Shown in pieces: positions 12,709 through 26,760 of a DNA stretch of 64,000 nucleotides (positions within the stretch are counted from its first letter, which is position 1; every line of letters begins with the position of its first letter). Below the pieces are notes generated by a model. It was not told the origin of the DNA and made no database searches. It saw only the letters and a program-made list of their open reading frames with translations. The position numbers were made by a program, and so were the translations under genes. Source of the DNA: Octopus sinensis (Eukaryota); the NCBI RefSeq assembly GCF_006345805.1, contig NC_043004.1:106330001-106394000 (forward strand). Reading direction: 5' to 3'.

Positions 12709-15700
12709 GTCAGTATCAGGTGTTTCTTTGTGTCTATAAGCTTATTTATTGGCATGTTGTATATATTTGTAATCATAATAACCGTTGCGTAGCTGTATGG
12801 TAAGAAGCTTGCTTTGCAATGACTTGGTTCTGTGTTCAGTCTCACTATGTGGCACTTAGACAAATATCTTCTACTATAGCCTCTGGCCAATCAAAACCTG
12901 TGAGTGGATTTGGAAGATGGAAACTGAAAGAAACCCATTGTGTGTGTGTATATATATATACATATATATAATAAATAATATTAGGGTAATAAGAATTATA
13001 AAAATTATTATTACCAGTGGCCTAGCACAAAAAAATAGTCAATTGACTATATATTATTCACATAAAAATATTGTGTACATTAGATAGTCTGTTGACTATT
13101 TTTTTTTTTTTTTTTGTGCTAGGCCACTGGTAATAATAATTTTTATAATTCTTGTTACCCTAATATTATTTATTATGTTTACATATATAAACATGTGTGT
13201 GTGTGTGTGTTTTCTTTGTGTCTGTGTTTGTCCCCAACCACTGCTTGACAACTGGTGTTGGTGTATTTACATCCCTAACAGTTCAGCAAAATTGACTGGG
13301 AGAATAAGTGCTAGGCTTTAAAAGTCCTGAGATCAATTTGTTTGAGTAAAAACCCTTCAAAGCAGTATCCAGCATGGTCAAAGTCAAATGACTGAGACGT
13401 GCGACAGATAAAAAATTATTTTTTAATGTCCATTATTCCATGCTTGCATGGGTCAGATGGAATTCACTGAGGCTGGTTTTCTAGGCCGGATACCCTTCCT
13501 GCTGCTGACCCTCTCTTCTTTCTGGACAAGATAATGTTTTCCCATGACCGAACTTGTTTACATGGTAAATTGGAAATAAATGAGTCATACTTGTTTACAC
13601 CTATCACACAATGTCAAAAGAGGAGGTGCTCTCTCACTCACACACACACACACACAAACACACATGAGGGTGTACTGAAAAGTTTCTGGCTTTGGGTAAA
13701 AGAAAATATAGGAGGATCAGTTAATTATGATTTTATTCAACATATTCCCTTCTCAGATTCACACACTTATTGCAGCAGTCCTTGAGGTTTTCTAAGCCCT
13801 CTAAAAGAACTTAGAAGGTTGGGCCTCCAACCAAGGCCTTTCACATTACCCTTAAAGCCAGGGACTTTTCAGCACCCCCTCATATATTAGCTAAGCAGGT
13901 ACATAAGCAAACAGAAAGAAAGACATAGAAATAAGCTGAAAGAAGTTACAGTTTAGTGTGAATAAGCCTAGGCCCTTCTTTCTGATGCCAGCTTAATAAG
14001 TTGTCAGTTTGATTTATGACCACTGCAGCTTTTTGTTCTAGAACATCATCATACGCTTGTGAATACACAGAGAAGATGCTGCCAAGCTCATCTGCTATAA
14101 TTATATCAAAATGGCGGGTAATCCTCTTCCACTTCCCTAAGATGTTTACCTAATTAAATTGTTTATCTTTGGAAAGTCTAACAAGGAAGCTTAGTAATTA
14201 ATGAATTTAGGCTTTGAAGATAAGGAAAAGAATCTGAATTTAGAGAGAAATTCATGTAGAAGCTGAAAGATGTTCTCAGTGTATTTCTGGCCCTTTTTTT
14301 TTTTTTGTTATGGAAATGGAAAGATGAAGTATGAAGCTAACTGCACCAAGTTCTATGGCAGGGCAAGGATAAGTTGATTTCACTGACATCCCCCCCCTCA
14401 CTGTTCAACTGGAACTTATTTTATCAACCTCGAAAGGACAAAAAGCCAAGCCGGCCTTGATGGAATTAGATCTCAGAAGAACTGGAAAAAATGCTACTGA
14501 GCATTTTGTCCAACATGCTAATAGTTTGGTCAGCACGCTACTTTGTAGCATTAAATATTTGGTATTGCAAGACAGTTTGTCCTGCATTTTACCATCTATG
14601 CTAGCCACATCCTAATTTATTGTTAATAATTTCTTCATTATAACTAGAATGTTTCATGGTTTTGTTATCGTGCTTAATAGATGATCAGTTTTTGTGAAAG
14701 ACCACTCTATTCCGATGATAGAGGTGCATAGAAAAACATTATTTTTCCTTATGTTGATAACCACTTTGTCTATCCACCACACTACCTCATGCAATCGTGC
14801 TAATGTGTAAACTTTGTTGAGGCCTTATGAACACAAAGACAACATTGTTCAAACTTAATTATTTTTACACCCTTTCCCCCTTTCTAGCAACCAAAAGTTC
14901 ACAGATACAAATTGTTTTGTACACCGCCTTCATTCCAACAACCTTCACTGATTTTACTGTTAAAAGAACAACCACTACTGTCATTATTCAATGCCAGGAA
15001 GAATTTCCCTCTGTTCTTACTGGATCTGTTTTTATCTTTTTTCTTGGCAGGGTGGGCATACCAGGAATCTAAATTAAAAATTAATTCATTCTTTTATACC
15101 TACCTAGCAGGGTCCATCAAATAAGTATTTTTTTATATCTTAGCTTGCCTCAATTAGATTTTACTGATAGAACATTCTTAGCTAGTCTGTTAATTCACTC
15201 CAGATTCTTTTTTATCTGTAGTTAGGCCTCATAGAATATAAACAGTGTATACTCTACCAAATAGGAAAAACTTGTGAATGAAGGAGGAATGAGGAAAAGT
15301 AAAGAGAGATAATGTCGTCTTTGACCAGGGGAAAGAAGGTGGTGTTTAACTAAGCTGAGGAAGGGATAAAATGCTAAGGAAAGATAGGGTGATATCATTT
15401 TGATACATGTTTATAGCCAAGTATGATAGCATAATTCATCTATGATCGAATATAGATTTATTCATTGGCAGCCAGTGGACATTTCGCTCATGTTCTTTTG
15501 ACTACACTTCAGGGTAAATTGCACCCTGTCGGGTAAAGGCTCCCTCCAGTCACGAATGACTGGGATTGCACCTAAAAATTTCCCCTCTTAGGCACAAGTC
15601 TGGGCAAGGTTGTTTATGGAAGACCAGCAGTCACCCATGCATACCAACCTCCCCTCTTTACGCCACTGATGTGGTTCAAGGGAAAGGCAAAGGGGCCGAT

Positions 15701-15919
15701 ACAGCTTGGCACCTGTGACATCGCAACTCATTTCTACAGCTGAGTGAAGTGGAGCAACGTGAAATAAAGTGTCTTTGCTCAAAAACACAACGCACAACCC
15801 AGTCCAGGAATCAAACTCACAACTCCACAGTTGTAAGCCCAGTATTCTAACCACTGAGCCATGCACCCAGTTAATCTCACTATATATTAGTTGTAATCTG
15901 TGCAATCTATACCAGTGAT

Positions 15920-15950
<31 letters not shown>

Positions 15951-18900
15951 TACATACATACATACATACATACATACATAGCTAGTAGTACCCATCCATT
16001 CTCAAGTAAGCTATGCGAGAAGGGTCTTTTAAGCAAAGAAATATTGTGTCCACCCTACTACTGCTTACAGAGATGAGCTGTGCCTCACATTATACATATG
16101 TACTTCTAGGTAGGCTAAATTAATTATCTCTTTATAGATACTGCTGTACAGTTTATCACTTCTTACAAACTTCTATAATATTAACACCAGTAATATACTG
16201 GGGTTATATCATGATTTTACAAAAAAAAAAATTTTGTAAGAAACTGTTATTGCTCTAATTATTGTTGTTATTAATTGTTTAATTATTCTTATAGAATCGG
16301 ACCTTGTTCAGAGTACACCCAAGTTCGTGAAAGATACGTCCAAGTTCTGGTATAAACCTAACATTAGCAGAGAAGATGGTAAGTTCCTGTCTACAGTGAC
16401 AGATTTGTATCACTTGTGTGTGTGTGTATGTGTGATGTCATTGATTGTAACTACTGTATGTAATGTGTGGTTATGTGTGATGTCAATGATTGTAACTCTT
16501 ATATAAAATTGTGTGTGTGATTGTAGCCATTGTATATATGCAGTAAGTACGTAGACTTGCAACTAATGTCATTGTGTACTGCTGAGTGCAGTCATTGACG
16601 TATTTGATCGCAAGAACAATTGTGTTTTTCTGTATTATTTTGAATTTCTATTGCCATTATGTATAAACAAATATGGCTGATTTCTCATGTAGGTCACTTT
16701 ACAATCAGATCTCAGGTTTGTTTCCCACACTATGGTATTATTAGGCAGGTGTTTCCTAATATAGATTCAGCTGAACCCCCACCCAGCTTTGTGAGTGAAA
16801 TTCAAAGGGCCAACCTTGTCATGCTGGTTCTACCCATTAATGTACACAGATACAAGTATATTAAGGGTACATGTGTCTGTGGAATATTCAGCCACTTCTT
16901 ACAATTCAATGAACATGTGGACCAGGGACTAAACCATTGGAATACTCATTGTTGGAACCATGGAGGATTTATTTACTTTTACCTATGCATGCATGGCTGT
17001 GTGGTTAAGCGGTTGCTTTGCAATTGTTTGGCTTTGGATTAATTTCCATTGCACAACTCCTTGAGCAAGTATCTTCTGCTATAGCACCAGGTCTGCCAAT
17101 ACATTATTAGTGAATTTGGTGGACAGAAACTGCATAGAAGCCCTCTATATATGTGCCTTTATGCTTGTCCCCCACCACACACCACTTGACAAATGATGTT
17201 GGTTTGTTTACATCTCTGTAACTTAACAGTTCAGTTAAAAAGACAGATAGAATAAGTACCAAATTTAAAAACAAGTCCTGGGAGGCAATTTGATTAAACT
17301 CTTCAAGACAATGCCCCCAGCATGGCCACAGTCCAATGACTAAAATAAATAAAAGATAAAAGATAGATATGTTTCTTATTTCTTTATTACCCTCAAGGGG
17401 CTAAAGATAGAGGAGACAAACGGATTAAGTCGATTACATCGACCCTGGCGCGTAACTGGTACTTAATTTATCGACCTCGAAAGGATGAAAGGCAAAGTCG
17501 ACCTCAGCGGAATTTGAACTCAGAACGTAACGGCAGATGAAATACCATTAAGCGCTCCACCTGGCCTGCTAGCATTTCTGCCAGCTCGCTGCCTTAGATA
17601 GATATGTTTCCATAATACTTATGTTTGCTTGTATGTTTTACTGATTACATTTTTTTTTTTTTTATAAAAGTGTATATTTAAACAACCTACATGATTACTA
17701 CAAAACTGAAATGATTTAACAAGATTCTTCCTAATTTTTTTGCAGCAATTTTGATGCTCAAAGATAAAGCCCCAGGTATCTTTGTTGTCCGTGACAGCAA
17801 CTCCTTCCCTGGAGCTTTTGGTCTTGCTCTCAAAGTGGCTCAAGTGCCACCAAATGTACAGACTAAAGCAGGTAAATTTAACTTCTACTATTTTCTTGGG
17901 ATTCTTTCTGTAACTCTTTTAACAATACAGAAGTATCATCTTTGATTTGGTTTCTACAACTGGATGCCCTTCATAGCATCAACCACTTTACAGAGTGCAC
18001 TGGGTGTATTTTACGATGGCAAAAGCACCGAAGGAGATAGAGATAAGACAACATGGGGGATAGCAAGAGTGTAATAAGTGGCGAGGTTAAATGATAATTA
18101 CCAGTGCCATATGGTCATGGTTTGTGGGGTATAGATTGAGCGGGTGGGAATCTAGCATTTAAATCACAAAAATTTGAATAAAGATCTCTATTTGATAGAT
18201 GAAGGGGTTTCACAGAACCCTGTTTTTACTTCTGTAATCAGTTGTTTCTTCAGGTGTACATAATCCCTCTCTTAATCTCACTTCATCAATTGTTATATGG
18301 TGACCCAGTTTGACTGATAAGTGAAGAAGTAAATTGTGTTCCTTAATTTTGGGGGTTCTTTTAGTCATAGTAAAATAAATGAAGTGCAATCTTCATTGGG
18401 TACAGCTCATGAAGGTAGTGAGTTTGTCTCTTAGTTGATCTATTACGTCTTCACTTCATTTGACCTTTGAATAATATGATGTTATATGATTTTTTAATCA
18501 TATGCAAACATCTTACAGGTTAATTTAATTCAATTGTCCTTGTAAATATGTATGAGAGAAAAAAGTTGAGATGAGCCACCAGTTTGATTCCTCATTGGTT
18601 CAAACACTCCTTCGGTGAGGCATATAGCTCAACTCATCCATTTGAAAATAGGGACTTCTTCCATCTTATAGTTAACAATTGGCAAAAAAAACAAAAAAAC
18701 TAGTTGTTTGATTGTTTTTGTAATAGGAACATTATCTACAATCTATATTAAATACATATTAGATGAAAAAGATCTCTACTTAGTGCCAAGGAGGCTGAGA
18801 CATTGTAGAATAGGTTAATAAAAGGCAGGATTCAGATGGTTGGGTGTTGTATAGTCACACAGCTGAAATTTAGAATGAGATATTGTTAAGCTGAACCATC

Positions 18901-21900
18901 TAAACCATATTCAGTCAATAGACATAAAATATGTTGCTGGTTTTCAGAGGACATTCTTATGATACCACTTATATATGTGTGTGTGTGTGTAATATATACA
19001 TAGACACATCAAGTCACCCTTTGTTTTTATTGTGAGTTAAACCCAGATTAGTCACATCCTATATTGCATCTGACCTAGTTCTACAGAGAATAAGGTTGTT
19101 AAAGTTCAAGTCAGCTGCACCCCCTCCAAAAAAAAAAATAAAACAATTTGAAATTTTAATTTGAAAGTTACTCTTTTATGAGACACCATTACAGTTGACT
19201 TTCAAATATCACAACACACACACTCACACACTAAAGTGAAAATCACAGTTTTTCCCTATGGTTATGTGGGTAACATGTTGGGCTAACAAGTGATAGATTT
19301 TGAGTTCAAACTCTTTTTAAGACTTTTATAAATTGGTTTAAATATTCTATTTGCTTTGTGTAATAAATAATCTCATTGAAAAAGAAATTACTTTTTCCAA
19401 TTTACGTTTTATTGGTTGTTGTTAGAGCTGAATAGCAAGCTGTAAAGCTCTTTTAAGACCCTGCAGTGTAGAATCAACTAACACATGTTGTCATGAGAAA
19501 AACAATTGTTGTAAAAGTGGCCTTCAAATGGCATAAATCAATCTTTAAATCACGTACCACCTTCTTCCATCTTATTTCTTTGTAATACTCATTGAGTGTT
19601 TATTTTCTTGGCAGGTGCTGATCCAGCATCAGAGCTAGTGCGCCACTTTTTGATTGAACCTACACCCAAAGGTGTTCGTCTACGAGGATGCAGTAACGAA
19701 CCTGTTTTTGGTAAGGATATTTCATGAAGAGTAAACAATACTTCTGGGATGCTAGGGTTCACTCTTTTGATCTTCTAACCTTAGTTCCAAAATAATAGGG
19801 AGGTTTTTTTATGTTGTTACTTTCGTAGTTATAGTGTACCTTTTAATAAGATTTGGTTAAGTAAACTTGTAGAAATGTCAAGTATTTGAAAGTGACCCAC
19901 AAATTTGATATACCAGATCAAGTGTCTAACTTAACCCTTTTCCTATTCTGTGTATCAGGTGACACACAGGACATACATCCCTGACGTCCATGCATCGTAT
20001 ATGATGTGTATTCCCAACTTTTTTTTTTTTTCCAACCACCAAAGTAACTTAGTACTTATGAAAGGAAAGCCTTATACTACTCAGAATAAATGAAACAAGA
20101 GTTAACTAGAAGTCTAGATACAAGCATGGACGTTTTAGACAAACTTATGGAAATGCTTTGGACAGGCAGATCTCAGTATTATGTCATTGAAAGAGGATAA
20201 TGTCAAGTCAAATTTCCCCAGGATTTAAACTCATTTTAAACCAGTTTATTGGTGTGCATCAAATTCCAGCCAGATAAGCATCTTCTGGTTTGCTTTCTTC
20301 TTCATACTGACGATTGACTAAAACCAGAGATTTATACAAGATAAAATGAAGTTTGTAACCCTTTCTTAAGGTAAATGAAGCAAGTGAGTAGGCATTATGT
20401 AGAAATTACACTCCACATCATTAATAGTCAAATGATGATCCAGAAGAACAGATAAATGAAATTTATCTTCTGAAGGTAATAAGATAACAGGTGATAGATT
20501 CAAAACAATGTGAATAAATAAGCATTACACTTGACGGAATAATCTGAGTTCTGTAGGATTAAACTTAAGTAAGTAAATTCATCTTCTGGTTAATTTTCTG
20601 CATCTTTTCTGTTTTGAGTTATGATGATGAAAGTATATAAATCTTTTCTGTATAACCAAAACAATTGCAAATGTTGTCGTAAGCTTAATGAATTGTTCTG
20701 ATGTTTGTTGGTTTGTCTTTCAGGAACTTTGGCAGCTCTTGTGTACCAGCATTCCATCACTCCACTGGCACTGCCATGTAAATTAGTTCTCCCTGAATCA
20801 GGTAAGTCTATGAATTTAATGTAACATCGCTTTCTAGACACAGACTGCTTCTATGAATAAAGATCATGGATACATCATTCAATGGCAATCTCATAACCTC
20901 TCATAACAGTCTAGAATGCTTGTTTAGGATTGAAAACTACTCCAGGCTTTATCAGATGCCGACCTTCTACAAAACTAAAATCAGCCCAACATTGGAGCAT
21001 TTCTCACATCTTATTCTATAATAAAGAAAATTACTGTTAATTAGTCTGGCATCTATAACTTTTTCTAAAAGAAAGAAGTTATTAAAGTCTGCACTGTCTA
21101 AAAACCCTTTAAAAGCTCCAATTATATATTTTTATCAAAATGTGACTTTCAATAATCTTTTATTATGGAAGGAAACTAATTATAATTCATTGTGAAGAGC
21201 CACAGCCTCAGCTTCACACACACACACAAGTATCTTAGATCACATTAAAAAATTGTAAATCTGACCCCTTATACTTATTTCAGAAATCATGTTCTGGTAA
21301 AGTTTTCTTTCAGTAAAACAAATATTTATTGTTGTACTTGAAAAGTCATCATCATTATCATCATCTGTTTTCCATGCTGGCATGGGTCGGATGGTTTGAC
21401 AAGAACTGGGGAGCCAGAGGACTATCAGTTTTGGCATGATTTCTGGAGCTACACTCTCTAAGAGTGTACTGGTTGCATCATCTGTCTGATTTCACAATGG
21501 TGATGCCCTTCCACCTTAATACTTTAAAATCTTCCTCTTAGTTGTGTGAACGAAGAGAAAATATTTAAATACGTCTGACTGTATCTTGGCTGTGGGGTAA
21601 GTTGAATGACATAATACCTACAGCAGGATATAAACTCCCTTTTCTAATATCCTTGGGCCTTCTCTAGAAGAGTTATCAAATGTTAAAGTGTCTAAAAATA
21701 TTCTCAAATTTACTATAAATATTACTTAATGTTTCTTAGTTAAAAATGAACTACTAACCTGATAATATCCTCATTCACTAATTCACTTATAGCAGAGATC
21801 TTTCCAATTTCTTTGAAGATATCTCTTAATCTATTTTAATACCAAATTATCTACACACATGCACATCTCATACCTGATATAGGCTCAGTCTTATTCAGTT

Positions 21901-24900
21901 AATTGAAATCCTTTATGAAACCAAAAATCTTCATACCTTTCGTTTGTTACAGATCCAGCAGGTGATGTTAGCAATCCTGAAAGTCCTCACAGTTCTGAAA
22001 TTCCTAGTTCAGCAGCTGCTTTGCTGGCTACAGGGGCAGGTTTGTATCGTTTTTATATCTATTTCCACTGAGAACTGCATTGGTAGGCTACTAGTTTAGT
22101 AGATGTTAATCTGTCATCAGCACTTTACCTTGTCTCAGGTATTGACTTGACTCTGAATGGTTCTGTTCATCCTGATATAGGTAGGTAACCCTTGGGAGAA
22201 AAGTCCATTACTATAAGCAGCAGCAGCAGCAGTCTCACTGTAAAGATTGTCAAATATTTCATTATTTCACAGTATTGAGTTCAAGTCCTCTTCTAGACCA
22301 TAACAGAAGTGCTAAAAGGGTCTTAATTTCACTTCTGTTCCCACCAGCATCCTTTGATGGACACAAGATATATTTTCACTTGAGACTGCTTTTGTGGATT
22401 TTAAAAAATTTTCTTTCTTTCAGAACAGCTATTGTTAATTTGCCATTCAAACCTCTATGTAGTTGCTCGACCAGCTAGAAACTGCAGCCAAATCTTCCTC
22501 AGGTTATAACTTCCTGTCTTAAAATGGACTGACTGACTCTTTGGGCAGTTGGCATATTAGTCTACGCTCGCTTCATCATAGCTGACCTGTAACTGGACAG
22601 CAACATAGCTACTCAGATACGTTTTTGAATAATTGTCCTTATTTCCACATAAGCTATTTAAATACTCTGTTAGCTGTGGTATATAAACAACCCCTGTAAT
22701 TTGTTTGATATTTGCTCGTAGAATATTTTTATTTTTTATTTTTATTTCTGTTCAAAGCTTGCTGATGTATTGCAGCTATTTAAGTTTCTTTCAACTCCAG
22801 GGTTTGGTTATATATCTAAATGTCAGCCATTTCTCTTCCAAACATGTGAACTTGTGAGAACACAGAGTCGGTATCCTCATTGTTAAAAAATATTTCTGAT
22901 AATTAGTAATCAGCAGGTTTAGCTCAATATATCCATACTGTCTTTCAGAACAAAGTAAAATCTATATTATCTTCTCTTAACTGTATATATTAAATATAAA
23001 CTGCAGTCTGATATGAACTAGGTTTTGAAGTTTGATGGGGTTTTTTCACTTTGGTTTTTGCAGTTTTATCATTTGCATGTGTAGAGGGTATCCATAAATT
23101 ACCTTTACACTTTGAAAACTTAAGGGATAAGGATAATTTAGCAGGTTGCATGCAATCAATGGAATCCATGTACAATTGTTCTCATGTTTCTAATACACTT
23201 TATTTGTTTGTCTCTGTTTTCCAATAAACTCTGCTGAGTTTACTTAATTTTTTTTCCCCCTAATTTTTTTCAAATTGTAACAATAATTTATGGACACCCA
23301 TATCATGTGTTTAATGTTTTTAAGTTTGATACCCTCCTCCACCATGTGTCTTTCCTGATGAGAAGGAAAAAGGCAGCAGAAAAAGTTAAACTCTTTTCTC
23401 CATTCCTTTTTGCCTCCCTCTGTTCCAGGAGGATCATGGAAATTGAGGCCTCAAGTACCTCATACAAAGTGTACTATCAAAAGCAACCGTCAATTTCTTG
23501 AAAGATTTTCAAACATGACCATTTGAGACTATGGATATTAGCCAACCATCTTGTTCTCGGTTTACTCAGGGCTGTCTTAAGGCTTAGGCACACTGCACAG
23601 TTGCCCATGACCTTACAGATTTAGGGGCCTAAATCTGACCTATCTATATTGTGGCTTGCTGTCAATAAATAAATACTTTAGGACCTAGTGCATAATTTTC
23701 CCAGGTGCCTGCATTGCTGGTGGGGTGGCTCCGGCTCTACCCCTTGGTCTCCTGTCAGATGATTCAGCTAGAAGAATCTATCTTGATGATCCTTTCTTAC
23801 ATCATTCTAATCACATGTTCGTAGTACCAGATCTATGACTTATCAATGCTGAGAAATAGCATCTTGACCTGGAAAGACTCCCTGATCTCCAAGCTATGCA
23901 TCCTGTTGAGTAACATTATTCTAGAAATCCTTCAGAGGAACCCCATTTCAGTTGCATATATTTGTGATTGTACTCTTTTAGTAATTACTCAACATTTAAG
24001 AGTTGAACTCTTAACCCCTTATATTACAGATCACCTGTTAAGCCCACTCAGTCACCACATACTGTAAATGTTAAAACTGCTATAGACATTAATAGAGAGC
24101 CATCATTTTGCTTTATTGACCTGTTGATAATTAGTCACCAATAACGATTTCATGTGGTTTATGTTCTTTACAGCCTGCAATGTTCTCTACCTAAATACTG
24201 TGGATACAGAATCCCTGACTGGGCCTCAAGCCGTTGCTAAAGCAGCCAAAGTGACCTTCAGTTTAGACCCCATACCTAAGACAACTGTCGTACATTTCAA
24301 AGTTTCTTCCCAAGGCATTACACTGACAGACAACAACAGAAAGTAAGTAGGATTTATCTCATGGTCTTGGGTTCAGTACCATTGCATGTCACCTTAGACA
24401 AGTGTCTTTTATTATAGCTCTGGGTTAACCAAAGCCTTGTGAGTATGTTTAGTAGATGGAAACCAAGAGAATCCCATATGTGTTTGTATGTACTCTTACC
24501 TGGACATCACATGATGGTTGTAAATGATCATCATCAACATCATCATACAAGTCATACAGGTTGTTCATTTACAGTCTTCTCTCAAAGAAGAAAATGCCTG
24601 GCCATGGTGAAATACATTACCTTGCTTGGAAACAGTTAAGTGTTGGTGATAGTAAGGGCATCTGACTGTAGACAACCTGCCCCAACAAATTCTGTTTGAC
24701 CCATGCAAGCATGGAAAAGTGGACATTAAAGGATGATGATGATGATGGTCTCCACCACAGGCATCATTATTACCTCTACTGTCATCATTTACAGTGTAAA
24801 GAAAATTTTGGTTCAGTTTGTATTACATGATCTATTGAAACCAAGGCATTTGTACTACAGAGCCAGAGCTGGTTCCAGCCAGGTTGGTAACAAAAGGATT

Positions 24901-26720
24901 AAGATAAAAGAAGTCTGGCAGAATCAGTAGCACACTGGACAAGAATGTTTAGCAGCATTTCATGTGGCTTTACACTCTCAGTTCAAATTCCACTGAGGTC
25001 AACTTTGCCTTTTATCCGTTTAAGATCGATACAATAAGTTGAGCACTGGAGGGTTCAATGTAATCGACTTAACCGCTACCCTGAAATTGCTGGCCCTGTG
25101 CTTAAATCTGAAACCAATATAAAAGAAGTCTGTATTAGAAGCTCACTCTACAGCACCAGCTCATTGTTCACCCTCTATGTCATCATTATTATGAACACTC
25201 CACTGGTTTAATCTCTATTATTCACAATATAAAAAGTTAGCCTGGGTTCTATAATGTCATAGACAGATACTATCATTATCAACGAGTATGAGAGAGGTGC
25301 TTATGGTAAACTCAAATTCCATTTTGGACAGCCAAACTCTGGTGAAAGTTACTATTTTTCAATGAAGTTCGTTTCCCAAGGGAGCCTCTAGGTTGTTGGT
25401 TGAGAAGCTTAGTGTTGTTTAACCACACCTTGTAAACTCCATGTGTGTGTGTGTGTGTGTGTGTGCAAGCATGTGTCTGTGTACATCAACATCTCAGTGA
25501 TGTATGTCAGACTGACTTTGTTGCATTTTCTTTTCTAGACTCTTCTTCCGGCGACATTATCCAGTTACTGCAGTGACATATTGTGGAATTGACCCTGAAG
25601 ACCGAAGGTTAGTAGAAAGAAATTTAAGAGATTGATTGATTTTTTTCAAAACTTTTCTCAGGAAATCCTTCAGTGAAGAAATTTCCTAAGACTTCAGAAA
25701 TTCTTGTTTATAGATACTTTTAAGATAATTTATATTTTGTTACCTTATTGTTAGTCCTGGCCATACTCCAAATGGCTAATGATGTTATCACCTGACAAAG
25801 CAATGACTTTGTATATGTAGTTGATTGACCTATTCAGTGTAGCAGCCAGGCCTTCCTTAATGTATTATAAAGTAGGATTTTGAACACAATATACACATGA
25901 AAACAGCAGTAAGCTTGGGTATTTTACCCTTATAAAACGGAAAAAAATGTCAGCAGACAGCCACAGGACTCAAACCCAAACTCCTCTGATGCCAGCTGAG
26001 TAATCTACCATTAAGCTAAACTGCCCACTGACTACAATCTCCATCAAATTAAACACTAAATATCATAACTTTGTATTGGTCGCAGATGGATAAGTTTTAC
26101 AGTATGCCTTCATATTATCTGTCTCTTCAAGTTAACTAAACTTGACAACAACATATGAATGAACAAAAAAAAAACAGTCATATGAATGCAAACTAACAGT
26201 AACTCTGTGTATTGAAGCAGATTTGATAACTCTCCACAAAAACCGATCTGAAATAATCTTGTATTATAAAATTGCTCGAAAGGCAAGTGAGCTGACAGAT
26301 CTGCTAGCATATTAGACAAAATGCTAAGTAGCATTTCTTCCAGTTTATTATGTTCTGGGTTCAAATTCTGCCTTGGTTAACTTTGCCTTTCATCCTTATA
26401 AAATAAAGTGCCATTCAAGAGCTGGGGGTCAATGCAATCAACTTAGTCCTCCCCATAAAACTTGCTTGCCTTGTGCTGAAATGTGAAATAGTTTCCCTAA
26501 AATGATTCTGATAAATTTATCCCTAGTGTAACTTAAATATCTTAAATTTGTTTTCAAGGGCACAGGAGAGGCTGTGTGATAAGTAGCTTGCTTAACAACC
26601 ACATGGTTCCGGGTTCAGTCCCACTGTGTGGCACCTTGGGCAAGTGTCTTTTACTATAGCCTCGGGCCAAACAAAGCCTTGTCAGTGGATTTGGTAGATG
26701 GGATTTGAAAGAAGCCCGTA

Positions 26721-26760
<40 letters not shown>

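Noticed and set aside
14042-14117. AG/GT-bounded segment between tensin exons 12708 and 16295
   Set aside because: It has a TAA in the tensin frame, and the flanking exons already join in frame.
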